The notes below the pieces were generated by a model, which worked only from the letters and a program-made list of their open reading frames with translations, ran no database searches and was not told where the DNA came from. From positions 96,001 through 160,000 of the IMG/VR virus record IMGVR_UViG_3300037484_000435: a DNA stretch of 64,000 nt. One strand, given 5' to 3'. This DNA comes from a virus (taxonomy: Duplodnaviria > Caudoviricetes). The first letter of the stretch is position 1. Each line of letters opens with the position of its first letter. The translations under genes and the position numbers were made by a program. Shown piece by piece: positions 17,630 to 29,653 of the stretch.

Positions 17630-17979
17630 GAAAAATCAACTTTAGATGCCCCGCCTGTGGATGTAGAAAGGTTCTCCAAGTAGAAACAGGAGCGGTATTA
17701 AAAAGCCCTATAACAGAATTAGAGGTTGAAGGGGGCATAGTCGAACTGGAATACGAGAATGAGGGCACGCTTATAATCACAGACGAGACTGAAGTCCCCA
17801 TGCAGATAATATGTTATGAATACGCAGATTGCGGAAGTTTCCTAGTAAGAGGAGACGGAGAGCCCTGCGTAACCCCCGAGGACCTGTTCAGATGGTTACG
17901 GGGAGAAGGAATGTTAGGAGGAGAGGAAAGTAAAAATGAAAAAGATATTGTTAGTAGTGTTACTTGGCATAAGCCTTAG
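17626..17979 (+). CDS. zinc-ribbon protein, paralog family member E
   Basis: INFRCPAC...YADC...EDLFRWLRGEGML. Confidence 0.7.
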   Translation: MRKINFRCPACGCRKVLQVETGAVLKSPITELEVEGGIVELEYENEGTLIITDETEVPMQIICYEYADCGSFLVRGDGEPCVTPEDLFRWLRGEGMLGGEESKNEKDIVSSVTWHKP

Positions 17980-18292
17980 TGGATGTGCCACCCTAGGCTC
18001 GATGTACACAAGGGCAAAGGATTGTGTTTATCCACCAGAGAAACCTGTAGTAACTGAGACGCCCGCTGTTGCCCCAGCCCCGCCTGTAGCGGAACCCACT
18101 ATTAAGATTCCCGAACCAAAAGTGGAACCAACAACTCCGAAAGCGGAGCCAGTTGTGCCAAAAAAGAAACTCAAAAAGAGTGACTTTACAAAAAAGAAAG
18201 TAGACCAATTACCTTTCTACACAAAAGAACGTAAAAAAGTAGAAGACGATCTACAGAAAGAGAAGGCCCCCGCACCACCAGGAGTTAAGTAA
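17936..18292 (+). CDS. Pro/Lys-rich lipoprotein
   Basis: Signal peptide MKKILLVVLLGISLSG|C with lipobox LSGC. Confidence 0.75.
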   Translation: MKKILLVVLLGISLSGCATLGSMYTRAKDCVYPPEKPVVTETPAVAPAPPVAEPTIKIPEPKVEPTTPKAEPVVPKKKLKKSDFTKKKVDQLPFYTKERKKVEDDLQKEKAPAPPGVK

Positions 18293-18627
18293 TGTCTGGT
18301 CCCCCAGATTATATCTACACCGCGCAGCGTCTGTGTAATGATATTGAAGACACCTGCAGGGGCTCTATAGAAGAGCTTATCAACGCCCTTGTTTCTATAA
18401 AGAACCTGCAGGCAGAATTAAAAGATTGTGAGAATTTCGAAGAAGGAGTAGACGAACAGCTGAAGTATAGTTGTGAAGACCTTCTTCGAACTCTAGCAAT
18501 CGTAAGAGAAGATTCCGATATGCTCGCATCCCAATCAAACAAAATATTTGAAACATTGGGACTAAAGGCAGAGTGGGATGACAAAAGAGAAGAATGGCAT
18601 TTGAAAGGAGAGGTCTACGAAAGGTGA
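18292..18627 (+). CDS. hypothetical coiled-coil protein
   Basis: 111-aa ORF, TAATG coupled. Confidence 0.55.
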   Translation: MSGPPDYIYTAQRLCNDIEDTCRGSIEELINALVSIKNLQAELKDCENFEEGVDEQLKYSCEDLLRTLAIVREDSDMLASQSNKIFETLGLKAEWDDKREEWHLKGEVYER

Positions 18628-18781
18628 GAAACACAACAGCATTTGTTTACACTCCTAAGAAGGTGCTTCCAAACGCAAGCATTGATGAACGGTAAATGCT
18701 GTGATGTACCCGCTACCCTAATCTTCGACGATAGTAAGTGCTAAACAATAGGTTTTGATTAAATTACTTTAGGAATACAGG

Positions 18782-19426
18782 ATGATTAATTTTCTGGAAA
18801 ATGAGATTTATCAACGATACACAAAAAGTGACACACACCGAGCAATAATTTTACCACTACTAATGGCCCAAGAAAACTTGAGTATCTTGAATCGTAACGA
18901 CATAAAGAGGGCTTTCGAAACCCACGGAATAAAAACATCAGCACAGAAAACAGCCTTTAGATTTCATAAAGTATTCTATGATGGTGATGAGTGGTATACC
19001 TTCCCCCGTGTCATTACGAATGAAAATATTCATGAAGCCTATACTTACCATCTAAATCAGGATGCTAAAGGTTTCTACGCCCACCTCAGTGCCCCCAGAT
19101 CCCCCGCGGATAGGACACAGTTAACTTTGATAGAAGATCTGCAGTATAGGGTTCGCGAGCTCGAAGATGACAACATGGCACTATCACGAGTTGGCTGGCA
19201 TTTGTACGAACGCGTAATTGACATGAAGGAAGAATTAAATACTCGGGCCGAGAAAGCCATTGTTAATCTACGAAAGTCCTTTATAGCTATGGGGTTTGAA
19301 ATATCGAAAACCGCGGGTAATTTACCCGAACCTGAGAGCCCTCTCAAGAAAATATTAACAGAGGATGATGCAGAGGATTTGTTGTCTAAATACACGGATC
19401 CGAAGTACACGGATACAGATGAGTAA
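18782..19426 (+). CDS. hypothetical protein
   Basis: 214-aa ORF. Confidence 0.6.
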   Translation: MINFLENEIYQRYTKSDTHRAIILPLLMAQENLSILNRNDIKRAFETHGIKTSAQKTAFRFHKVFYDGDEWYTFPRVITNENIHEAYTYHLNQDAKGFYAHLSAPRSPADRTQLTLIEDLQYRVRELEDDNMALSRVGWHLYERVIDMKEELNTRAEKAIVNLRKSFIAMGFEISKTAGNLPEPESPLKKILTEDDAEDLLSKYTDPKYTDTDE

Positions 19427-19946
19427 TACTTTCTTTACAGCGGATCCCCATTATGGGCACGCTAATATTATTAGACACAGCAAACGTCCTTTCTCGGATC
19501 ACGAAGAGATGGACGAGACGATGATTGAAAATTGGAACAAGGTAGTGGGCGTAAACGACGAAGTGTATATCTTGGGAGACTTCACTTTCTATTCCAAAGT
19601 TTTGGTTACGAACCCCGCGAGTATATTCGCCCGCTTGCGGGGCCGTAAATATCTTATAAAGGGCAACCATGACAGAGACTTTACCTTTAAATTACCGTGG
19701 GCATGGGTGAAAGATACTTACTTTGTTAAGAATCTAAACCAAGAAGGTATCTGGTTAAGTCATTACCCGCACCGCTCTTGGAGAAATTCCTTCCACGGAA
19801 GCTGGCACCTATTCGGACACAATCATGGTCACGTAGGACCTTATGGAAAATCGTTTGATATAGGTGTAGACTGTTGGGAATTCACACCAGTAGAATTTGA
19901 AATTGTAAAAGCAAAAATGAAAGAATTAGAATGGATTCAGGAATAA
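19419..19946 (+). CDS. calcineurin-like metallophosphoesterase
   Basis: ADPHYGH, LGDF, GNHD, SHYP, GHNHG, DIGVD. Confidence 0.9.
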   Translation: MSNTFFTADPHYGHANIIRHSKRPFSDHEEMDETMIENWNKVVGVNDEVYILGDFTFYSKVLVTNPASIFARLRGRKYLIKGNHDRDFTFKLPWAWVKDTYFVKNLNQEGIWLSHYPHRSWRNSFHGSWHLFGHNHGHVGPYGKSFDIGVDCWEFTPVEFEIVKAKMKELEWIQE

Positions 19947-20335
19947 CAAAAGACCAAGTAAATGAGATTTCGTCTAACCAATCCTTCACTTTTTATATCA
20001 AGCATGATGGGAGACTAAGCATAGCAGAGCTCACCTTTGATGACTACGTTTACCTAAATGCTCTGGCCACACATGGTATACGCCCGCCAGGACGTTTACT
20101 ATATTTCAATAGACTAAAAGCCATGCCCGAAGGAATAGGTTTGGGCACACATTTAATGAATAGGTTGGAAGAAGTGTGCGATAGGGAATCATATACTGTG
20201 TGGTGTGACTTAAACCCGTATGGTTCCTTAGACTATGAGCAACTCAAAACCTTCTATACGAAATTTGGATTTATAGAATTTGGTTTAGAGGGGGCGTTGA
20301 TACGACTGCCGAAAGGAAAGAGCGATGAAAGTTAG
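19931..20335 (+). CDS. GNAT-family acetyltransferase
   Basis: EGIGLGTHLM (acetyl-CoA loop)...LKTFYTKFGF. Confidence 0.75.
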   Translation: MDSGITKDQVNEISSNQSFTFYIKHDGRLSIAELTFDDYVYLNALATHGIRPPGRLLYFNRLKAMPEGIGLGTHLMNRLEEVCDRESYTVWCDLNPYGSLDYEQLKTFYTKFGFIEFGLEGALIRLPKGKSDES

Positions 20336-20573
20336 TGTAGAGATAGAACCTGGGAAGGTCCAAGAAATCGCGGACAGAGAGTTCTCTGACCTCGTAAGCC
20401 GAAACATAATGACTACCTTCTGTGAAAGCCCAAGATTCTGGGATGTAGTAGACGAAGAAATCATTGGGTATTTAGAATCTGATAAATTTGTACAACTGAT
20501 TAGAAAAGTAATTGCGGACTCGGAAGAGTCTTTGGCTCAGGCAATCAAAAATAGATTTCTTATGAAGGAATAA
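20325..20573 (+). CDS. hypothetical protein
   Basis: 82-aa ORF. Confidence 0.5.
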   Translation: MKVSVEIEPGKVQEIADREFSDLVSRNIMTTFCESPRFWDVVDEEIIGYLESDKFVQLIRKVIADSEESLAQAIKNRFLMKE

Positions 20574-20577
20574 AACC

Positions 20578-20919
20578 ATGAGTGTCCCAAAGGAACTGAT
20601 GGACTTCTATACTAAGGTATGCCAAGCCCGAAGCCCAGAAGAAATCTTTGGGGGTCTGAATTCGGGTAATCCTATAGAAGCACTAAAGAAGGCTTACCAC
20701 GCGAATTCTTTTGCGTGTCATCCAGACCACTATGCCACCGACCCAGAGGCAACCTTGTATGCAGAAACCACATTCAAACTGGTGCACGAACTGTTTGAGG
20801 AAGCCCAAAAAAAGATAGAAAATAAGACTTACGGTAAGCCTGACGCCCCGGTCCGCTCTCATTGGGAATGGTTATCAGCATGTGCGTTTACCAAATGGAA
20901 GAGAACCACTATAAATTAG
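20578..20919 (+). CDS. J-domain (DnaJ-like co-chaperone) protein
   Basis: LKKAYH....CHPD...F..V.E.FEE with the HPD motif. Confidence 0.75.
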   Translation: MSVPKELMDFYTKVCQARSPEEIFGGLNSGNPIEALKKAYHANSFACHPDHYATDPEATLYAETTFKLVHELFEEAQKKIENKTYGKPDAPVRSHWEWLSACAFTKWKRTTIN

Positions 20920-20947
20920 AACAACAAATCAAAGGAAATAAAAATCA

Positions 20948-21274
20948 ATGAGCACAGAATATGATGCCGTAGTATTCTATGGCGTTCTAGTGTCCCAAGC
21001 AGAAGTAGACGCTTGGGAAAAGAAAACAAAAAAGAATTTCTATGACCAAGAAGCCCACGACTGTCATGTTTATATGTATGGTGATATGATTTGTGGAGAG
21101 ACTGGTTACGCGGTCAGTGTTGATGGGTCAATGGAGTGGGCAGAGTTTACGGCTAAAATTCTGACAAATGAAATCACTGGGTCTTGGAATGAACGCCTGT
21201 ATGAATTCTTCAAAGAAATTGATATGCCCTACGATAAAACCCCATCGTGGATACTCACTATGACGTGTGGTTAG
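20948..21274 (+). CDS. hypothetical protein (paralog of 22347..22670)
   Basis: A.V.YG....WE.K.....D.....C.....GDM...W.L...CG pattern shared with 22347. Confidence 0.6.
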   Translation: MSTEYDAVVFYGVLVSQAEVDAWEKKTKKNFYDQEAHDCHVYMYGDMICGETGYAVSVDGSMEWAEFTAKILTNEITGSWNERLYEFFKEIDMPYDKTPSWILTMTCG

Positions 21275-21509
21275 AATGACCTACATACAACCCGAAGACT
21301 TTCCGTTGCTACCTCCCGAACAATACTCAAACGAGTTATGTGATTGCGGAAGTGGTAGAGTCAGAAGCAAAGAGAAGAGACATCTAAATACCATGTACCA
21401 TGACGAGGAATCTAATTGGGCTCAACCATGTTGTGATGAATGTTTTGCAGACGTATGGAATTACTACACAGAGCGGTGGGAGGATTACTATGCTGGACTA
21501 TTTGGATAA
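21267..21509 (+). CDS. small Cys-rich protein
   Basis: LCDCGSG (partly SEC-C-like) and CCDEC. Confidence 0.5.
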   Translation: MVRMTYIQPEDFPLLPPEQYSNELCDCGSGRVRSKEKRHLNTMYHDEESNWAQPCCDECFADVWNYYTERWEDYYAGLFG

Positions 21510-21852
21510 GTTGGCTTTAGAAAATAAGGAAGAAATCTTGATCTGCCCTAAATGTGGTGCCCCCTTGGCTGGGTCCTATATGGTGCAGACATTTGCAAAT
21601 CACATGACTATAGATAAATACCAACGTATAGGGTTTGCCAATAGGGAGGGGCCACTTGACGCCGACATAGATGAGAGTGAGCTCTACGACTTGCTGTGTT
21701 ACAAATCCAAGTGTAATTGGTCACTAAGAAAGGAGCTGGGCGACTCGCTACCTAGCATCTATGATAAACGTAGCCTGCCTAAAGAGGCGATACTAGAACG
21801 GATAGTATTACCTATGAGGAAAGAGCAAGATGATCTGTCAAACGAAAGTTAA
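21490..21852 (+). CDS. zinc-ribbon protein
   Basis: LICPKCGAP...LLCYKSKC. Confidence 0.55.
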   Translation: MLDYLDKLALENKEEILICPKCGAPLAGSYMVQTFANHMTIDKYQRIGFANREGPLDADIDESELYDLLCYKSKCNWSLRKELGDSLPSIYDKRSLPKEAILERIVLPMRKEQDDLSNES

Positions 21853-22126
21853 ATTTGTATGCCCCAGTTGCGGGGGCACTACTCTGAGAGAAGAGCGCGC
21901 TGTTAGAGTGTTCTCCTACATAACAGGTATTGAGAGTAGCACAGATTTTGAATACCGCCCCATAAGAGATGGAGATGTAGATTGGGAGAACTCTACTTGG
22001 ATAACAACAGAGTGTGCAAACTGTCACAGACCTCTCCGAGGCACAGATGAGGATATGATTAAATGGTTAAAAGAGCAAGGAATGCTCGTGGAACCCGCAG
22101 GAGATGGACAAGATGCCCCTTCTTAA
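21830..22126 (+). CDS. zinc-ribbon protein, paralog family member F
   Basis: VKFVCPSC...TECANC...EDMIKWLKEQGML. Confidence 0.75.
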   Translation: MICQTKVKFVCPSCGGTTLREERAVRVFSYITGIESSTDFEYRPIRDGDVDWENSTWITTECANCHRPLRGTDEDMIKWLKEQGMLVEPAGDGQDAPS

Positions 22127-22343
22127 GAACCAAGATGAGTGGGATGCGTGGTTAAAAGAAAATGCAATTGGGATACATTGCGCCATAGACGGGGGAGAAC
22201 CTAAATGTTTTCCATGCTGGCTTATCGCCATATATCATTCCTCCGATTGTCATGATGACACTTACCTCTGCTCGTTTGTTTATAAGGACAGTAACGGGGA
22301 ATGGGATTTGGGGGATTATGAAGAAAGAGAGGGGTGGGGATAA
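22104..22343 (+). CDS. hypothetical protein
   Basis: 79-aa ORF with GGAG RBS. Confidence 0.5.
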   Translation: MDKMPLLKNQDEWDAWLKENAIGIHCAIDGGEPKCFPCWLIAIYHSSDCHDDTYLCSFVYKDSNGEWDLGDYEEREGWG

Positions 22344-22346
22344 AAA

Positions 22347-22670
22347 ATGAGCCATAATTGCCAAGCAAAAGTAGTTTATGGGATTCCTTTGAGTAACGAA
22401 GACCTAAGCGTGTGGGAACAAAAACACGGGGAAGACTTCGACCCTATGCCTATACATGGTTGTGAACACATCATACATGGAGATATGGATGTTAAGGCCT
22501 TCTCAGCAATAGGTGTTTCTGTGTCTAAAAGTAGGATATACGCTGGAGAAGTAAGGGACCTTGACTTACAACGAGAGATAGAGTGGGATACTGACTTGTA
22601 TCATGTATGCCTAGACCTAGAATTACCTTGGCTAAAGCCCCGCTGGATGTTACTTTGTTGTTGCGGATAA
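22347..22670 (+). CDS. hypothetical protein (paralog of 20948..21274)
   Basis: AKVVYG...WEQKH...GCEHIIHGDM...PRWMLLCCCG. Confidence 0.6.
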   Translation: MSHNCQAKVVYGIPLSNEDLSVWEQKHGEDFDPMPIHGCEHIIHGDMDVKAFSAIGVSVSKSRIYAGEVRDLDLQREIEWDTDLYHVCLDLELPWLKPRWMLLCCCG

Positions 22671-22680
22671 GGAGAAACAG

Positions 22681-23853
22681 ATGTCAATAAAAAGGGCAAG
22701 TGAACTACTAAATATTCCAGAAAAGGAATTCAATGAGTTCTCAGAGATAGACCCCTTTAATGGTTTTGAATTGTCAGGCTACATTAGTCGCCACGGTGAT
22801 CACCGCTACGGGGCCATGGTTATTGTGGCTGTAGATGAGGTACCTTGCGAACAGGTCATCTTCGCGACCCCGAAATTACATTACCCATTTGATAAACATG
22901 GTAAGTATACGTGGCCTACAATAGATGAGCTACAGGCCTTTGAGAAACTGGACGGGACCAACATATTAGCCTATCGTTATCTGCACCGAGGCCAGATCTA
23001 TGTGAGCTACAAGACACGTTTAAGCCCCGTACTAAAGCAGTCTCAATTTGGAGATTTCCTTTCCTTGTGGAAAGAATGCTTGAAAAAGAATCCTTGGGTT
23101 GAAAAAGCAATTGCAGATAACCCAGATTTCAATCTTTCATTTGAACTCTTTGGCTCCCGCAACCCTATAACGATACAATATGAAATTGATCTAGACACGG
23201 CCCTACTCTTTGGTGTACGTAAACACGACCACGCAATAAGGCCTCCTACCCAGCTAGTTCTATCTCCAAATGCCAAATTGCCAGGGCAGAATACTCTTAC
23301 AGAAAGTCCTTGGTACAAAGATGTAGAAATTACAGAGCCAACTAATCTCTATAATGCCTATCGTATGGAAGCTTCGAGGCGTAATGCACAAGAGCTACTG
23401 ACCGAAGGGAATGTATTCTATGTGCATTCTGGTAGTAAATGGCACATGTTCAAATGTAAGCCCGAAGAGATAGAAAAGATACATTGGGCCGCGGGCGGTA
23501 TCCCCCAAATTGCTATCTACAATACAATCATCAATGCATATGAAGATATGGACCAACCTGACATATCCTACATTAACCAGTTACTTCTAGAGGAGTACAC
23601 ACAAAAACAAATTGAGGACCGTGAAGACTCCATCGCTAAACTTTTCAAGAAAGCCAAAAAGCAGATGGACCTCAAGAAGAATGTCAATGAAGTATACCGC
23701 AAAGCCATGGAAGAAGGCTTCGATATTAAAGTTGACAAGAACAAAACGCTTCGTTGGATGTCTCAATTCTTTAGTAGGGACGACATGAAGAAAGTGGGAA
23801 CGGTCATCTTGAAACAAGCGGGGCTGAACAAACCAAAGTTCAGAAGGGCTTAA
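22681..23853 (+). CDS. RNA ligase-like nucleotidyltransferase
   Basis: EKLDGTN (motif I), FELFG (III), EGNVF (IV), FKCK (V); AGGAG RBS. Confidence 0.8.
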   Translation: MSIKRASELLNIPEKEFNEFSEIDPFNGFELSGYISRHGDHRYGAMVIVAVDEVPCEQVIFATPKLHYPFDKHGKYTWPTIDELQAFEKLDGTNILAYRYLHRGQIYVSYKTRLSPVLKQSQFGDFLSLWKECLKKNPWVEKAIADNPDFNLSFELFGSRNPITIQYEIDLDTALLFGVRKHDHAIRPPTQLVLSPNAKLPGQNTLTESPWYKDVEITEPTNLYNAYRMEASRRNAQELLTEGNVFYVHSGSKWHMFKCKPEEIEKIHWAAGGIPQIAIYNTIINAYEDMDQPDISYINQLLLEEYTQKQIEDREDSIAKLFKKAKKQMDLKKNVNEVYRKAMEEGFDIKVDKNKTLRWMSQFFSRDDMKKVGTVILKQAGLNKPKFRRA

Positions 23854-23857
23854 AGTA

Positions 23858-24274
23858 ATGAGTAAAATAGCCGAATTATTGAACAAAGAGATTTGTAACA
23901 TTTCTATGTATGACCTAAATAATTTGTGGGAAGGGGTAGTAGACGAATTAACCCAATCATGGTATAATGAGTTATCGCGAGAAATCGAGGACTCAATGAC
24001 AGATTTGGGTTTCGAATCTGATATAAACCACAATTCATTGGGGCATGAATATGGAATAAAGTTCCAGCAGAAAGACATTGTCTGTAAGATTTACATCAGC
24101 AGGCCCATCCTAGGCTATACTCTAATGGAAGAGGATTCAGAATTCCGACTGTCTGCGATTATTGAAAGGTCTACATCTTCCACAACCACCCATTCGTATG
24201 ACATCGAAGCCGACACAATACAAGAGCTACTTATAGAAATTCAGGTTAACTCAGATTTGTTATCAGAAGTCTGA
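23858..24274 (+). CDS. hypothetical protein
   Basis: 138-aa ORF. Confidence 0.55.
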   Translation: MSKIAELLNKEICNISMYDLNNLWEGVVDELTQSWYNELSREIEDSMTDLGFESDINHNSLGHEYGIKFQQKDIVCKIYISRPILGYTLMEEDSEFRLSAIIERSTSSTTTHSYDIEADTIQELLIEIQVNSDLLSEV

Positions 24275-24290
24275 GGAAGGGTGTAATTAG

Positions 24291-24908
24291 ATGATAACCA
24301 TAAGAAGAAACTATTGGCTTGTTTGGGAAGACGACGGAACGGTCGACGGTACTCCACAAGACTATGAATACAATTCCTTAGAAGAGGCTGAGCGTAACTG
24401 TAGGATATTTAATAAAGTATACGCCACCCGTAAATTCTTTACTGTCCAACACCATAAAGACATTGAAATAGAAGAGGTAACATGCGGGGACTGCGGGGCG
24501 AAGGAAGGAACCCTCCATCGTCCTGGGTGTGATATGGAGCGGTGTCCTTTTTGTGGAGAACAAATCATAACCTGTGATTGTGCTTACGATATACTAGGGA
24601 TAAAAGACAAAGAAAAATATGGTCCAGAAACGTGTTATCTCCCTCCTAAGATATACAGTGGGGGTCTTACAAAGACGCAAACCCAAAAATGGGTGAAACT
24701 CTTATCAGAGAGGGGTTTTATCCCGTTCATTTCCTACCCCAACATATGTGCCAAATGTGGAAAACTCTGGCCCAATATGTTTATGGTTCCCAATGAAGAA
24801 TGGAAACACTACATAGAACCAGAGATGCGTGACAAAATGTTATGCATGGATTGTTACGCAACTATAAAGTACTTGATAGACTCAGGAGCCAAGAAAAGAA
24901 ATGCCTAA
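24291..24908 (+). CDS. Cys-rich multi-zinc-finger protein
   Basis: CGDCG....H..GCD.ERCPFCG....CDC, CAKC and CMDC. Confidence 0.6.
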   Translation: MITIRRNYWLVWEDDGTVDGTPQDYEYNSLEEAERNCRIFNKVYATRKFFTVQHHKDIEIEEVTCGDCGAKEGTLHRPGCDMERCPFCGEQIITCDCAYDILGIKDKEKYGPETCYLPPKIYSGGLTKTQTQKWVKLLSERGFIPFISYPNICAKCGKLWPNMFMVPNEEWKHYIEPEMRDKMLCMDCYATIKYLIDSGAKKRNA

Positions 24909-25054
24909 ATTAGAGAGAGAACAACATGAATCTGAAGAAGTGCTGTTTACTTTATTAGAGGAGTTGAGCTCGGAATCAGCAAATCGAATCATAGAAAATA
25001 TCCGCAGACAGGGCGTTGAGTTAGATTTCAAAAACAAAGTGATGATAAAAAAAG

Positions 25055-28143
<3,089 letters not shown>

Positions 28144-28144
<1 letters not shown>

Positions 28145-28392
28145 TGAAAGTTACCACTTACTACTGTGATATTTGTGGAACTGAGATAGGGAATACAAAT
28201 GCGGAAGAGGGATTTCGAGCCAAGAGAATTTCTACATCAATGGTTAACCAAAGAGCTGAAGAGGTGAGACTAGACCTCTCCGTTATCATAACTGGATGGT
28301 CTAATAAGATTGACATCTGCTATAAGTGTGGGGACAAAGCTTTACAAAAAGGCAAAAGAAAATTAGCTTTTGAAATTGTAGGGGAGAAATAG
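28144..28392 (+). CDS. zinc-ribbon protein
   Basis: YCDICG...DICYKC. Confidence 0.55.
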
Positions 28393-28395
28393 ACT

Positions 28396-28430
28396 AAGGG
28401 GGGGCCCTACCAGCCCCCTAATTAAAATTT
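28396..28430 (+). terminator. probable terminator hairpin
   Basis: GGGGGC-cctacca-GCCCCC followed by an A/T-rich tract. Confidence 0.5.
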
Positions 28431-28610
28431 TTCCTTTATTTAAAAGGTTTTTTATTTAACCTTGTGCCCCTTAATAGAAGGATGCCAATAGGCCTCCACC
28501 GATCTTTGGACTTAATGATTCCGTGTGGTTGCTATAAAGGAGGTTATAGTATAAAATTATTACCTTAAAAGGATGGGAGGATCTAGGTAATCCTATCAGA
28601 GGAGAACACA

Positions 28611-28904
28611 ATGGACGTAAGAAAAGACCAAAGAGACAAAGAAGATCGAGCCGATAAGGAATTCCACGCTAAACAGGAAGCGAGTGACCTTGCTTTTACA
28701 CAAAGAAGTTTAGCAGAAATGGAAACCATCGAGGTTAAAGAATTTGTTAGTCTCACTGAATACGAAAGTGGGATGGTTATACTAAAGTATAAGGATGATG
28801 CCGGCAAAAGCTGTGACGTTTCTTTATACCGAGTAGTTCCAGAAAAGATTGGAAAGTCTGCTCTGGGCCCAAAACGGGCAGTTAAACCTGTAGTCGAGAA
28901 ATAA
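28611..28904 (+). CDS. hypothetical protein
   Basis: 97-aa ORF with GAGGAG RBS. Confidence 0.65.
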   Translation: MDVRKDQRDKEDRADKEFHAKQEASDLAFTQRSLAEMETIEVKEFVSLTEYESGMVILKYKDDAGKSCDVSLYRVVPEKIGKSALGPKRAVKPVVEK

Positions 28905-28908
28905 TAAT

Positions 28909-28941
28909 AAGGAAGAGGCCCACACGTCTCTTCCTTTTTTT
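28909..28941 (+). terminator. intrinsic terminator
   Basis: AAGGAAGAG...CTCTTCCTT 9-bp stem followed by a T-run. Confidence 0.75.
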
Positions 28942-28996
28942 ATTTAAACTTATTGGGTAACTCAGCAATAAAAAATTAAGCATTGAAGGAGACACA

Positions 28997-29563
28997 ATGA
29001 CGATCAAGAATTTTATTGCTGTAACTGCAATATCCGTTTTATCTGCAACCTCTGTCTACGCATTTCCGTGTGAGGACCAGAGGTTTATGGGCAAAGAAAA
29101 TAATGGTGGTTATAGAATCAATCAGACAAGAAGTAACACACCTACAGACGTATCTGGTTCGTACAAGACCCAGAATAATGCAGATGAGATGAAGACTACG
29201 AGTAGAGAAGAGAAGAAACTCAGAGATGACCAGATTAAAGCCGACAAAGAAGCTCGGATAAAAGCTGATAAGGAGGCCAAGGAACTCAGAGACGCTAAGG
29301 CCAAAGCTGACAAGGAAGCTAGGGTAAAAGCCGCCGAAGACGCTAAGGCCAAGGCTGATGCAGACGCCAAAATCAGAGTAAATGAATCTGGTAAGGTCAA
29401 AACAGACAAAGAAATTAAGGCGAAGGCCGACGCAGATGCTAAAGTAAAAGATACTGATGCTCAAAATGCTAAGGCTAAGGCTGACGAAGAAGCCAGAGCT
29501 AAGGTCAAAGCTAACGAAGAAATCAAGAAGCTTAAAGACGCTAAAGACCTAGAAAAGAAATAA
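28997..29563 (+). CDS. secreted protein with KAD(K/A)(E/D)A coiled-coil repeats
   Basis: Signal peptide ending SVYA|F; repeated KADKEA/KAKADADA units; AAGGAG RBS. Confidence 0.75.
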   Translation: MTIKNFIAVTAISVLSATSVYAFPCEDQRFMGKENNGGYRINQTRSNTPTDVSGSYKTQNNADEMKTTSREEKKLRDDQIKADKEARIKADKEAKELRDAKAKADKEARVKAAEDAKAKADADAKIRVNESGKVKTDKEIKAKADADAKVKDTDAQNAKAKADEEARAKVKANEEIKKLKDAKDLEKK

Positions 29564-29599
29564 AAAAATATTTTTGCTGAGTAAAATCCAATAAGAAAG

Positions 29600-29629
29600 T
29601 ATGGTGGGTCCTACACGGGACCCATCATA
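29600..29629. terminator. hairpin between the convergent gene blocks (possibly bidirectional terminator)
   Basis: TATGGTGGGTCC...GGACCCATCATA stem in the gap where the strands switch. Confidence 0.7.
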
Positions 29630-29653
29630 TATTTAAGGTTTTTTTGTCCCCGT

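Noticed and set aside
19389-19416. Short direct repeat TACACGGAT x2
   Set aside because: It only encodes KYTD-P-KYTD at a protein C-terminus; there is no sign of a mobile-element scar.
28997-29563. The KADKEA repeats as a CRISPR or DGR-type array
   Set aside because: They are in-frame, codon-degenerate protein repeats with no spacers and no reverse transcriptase nearby.
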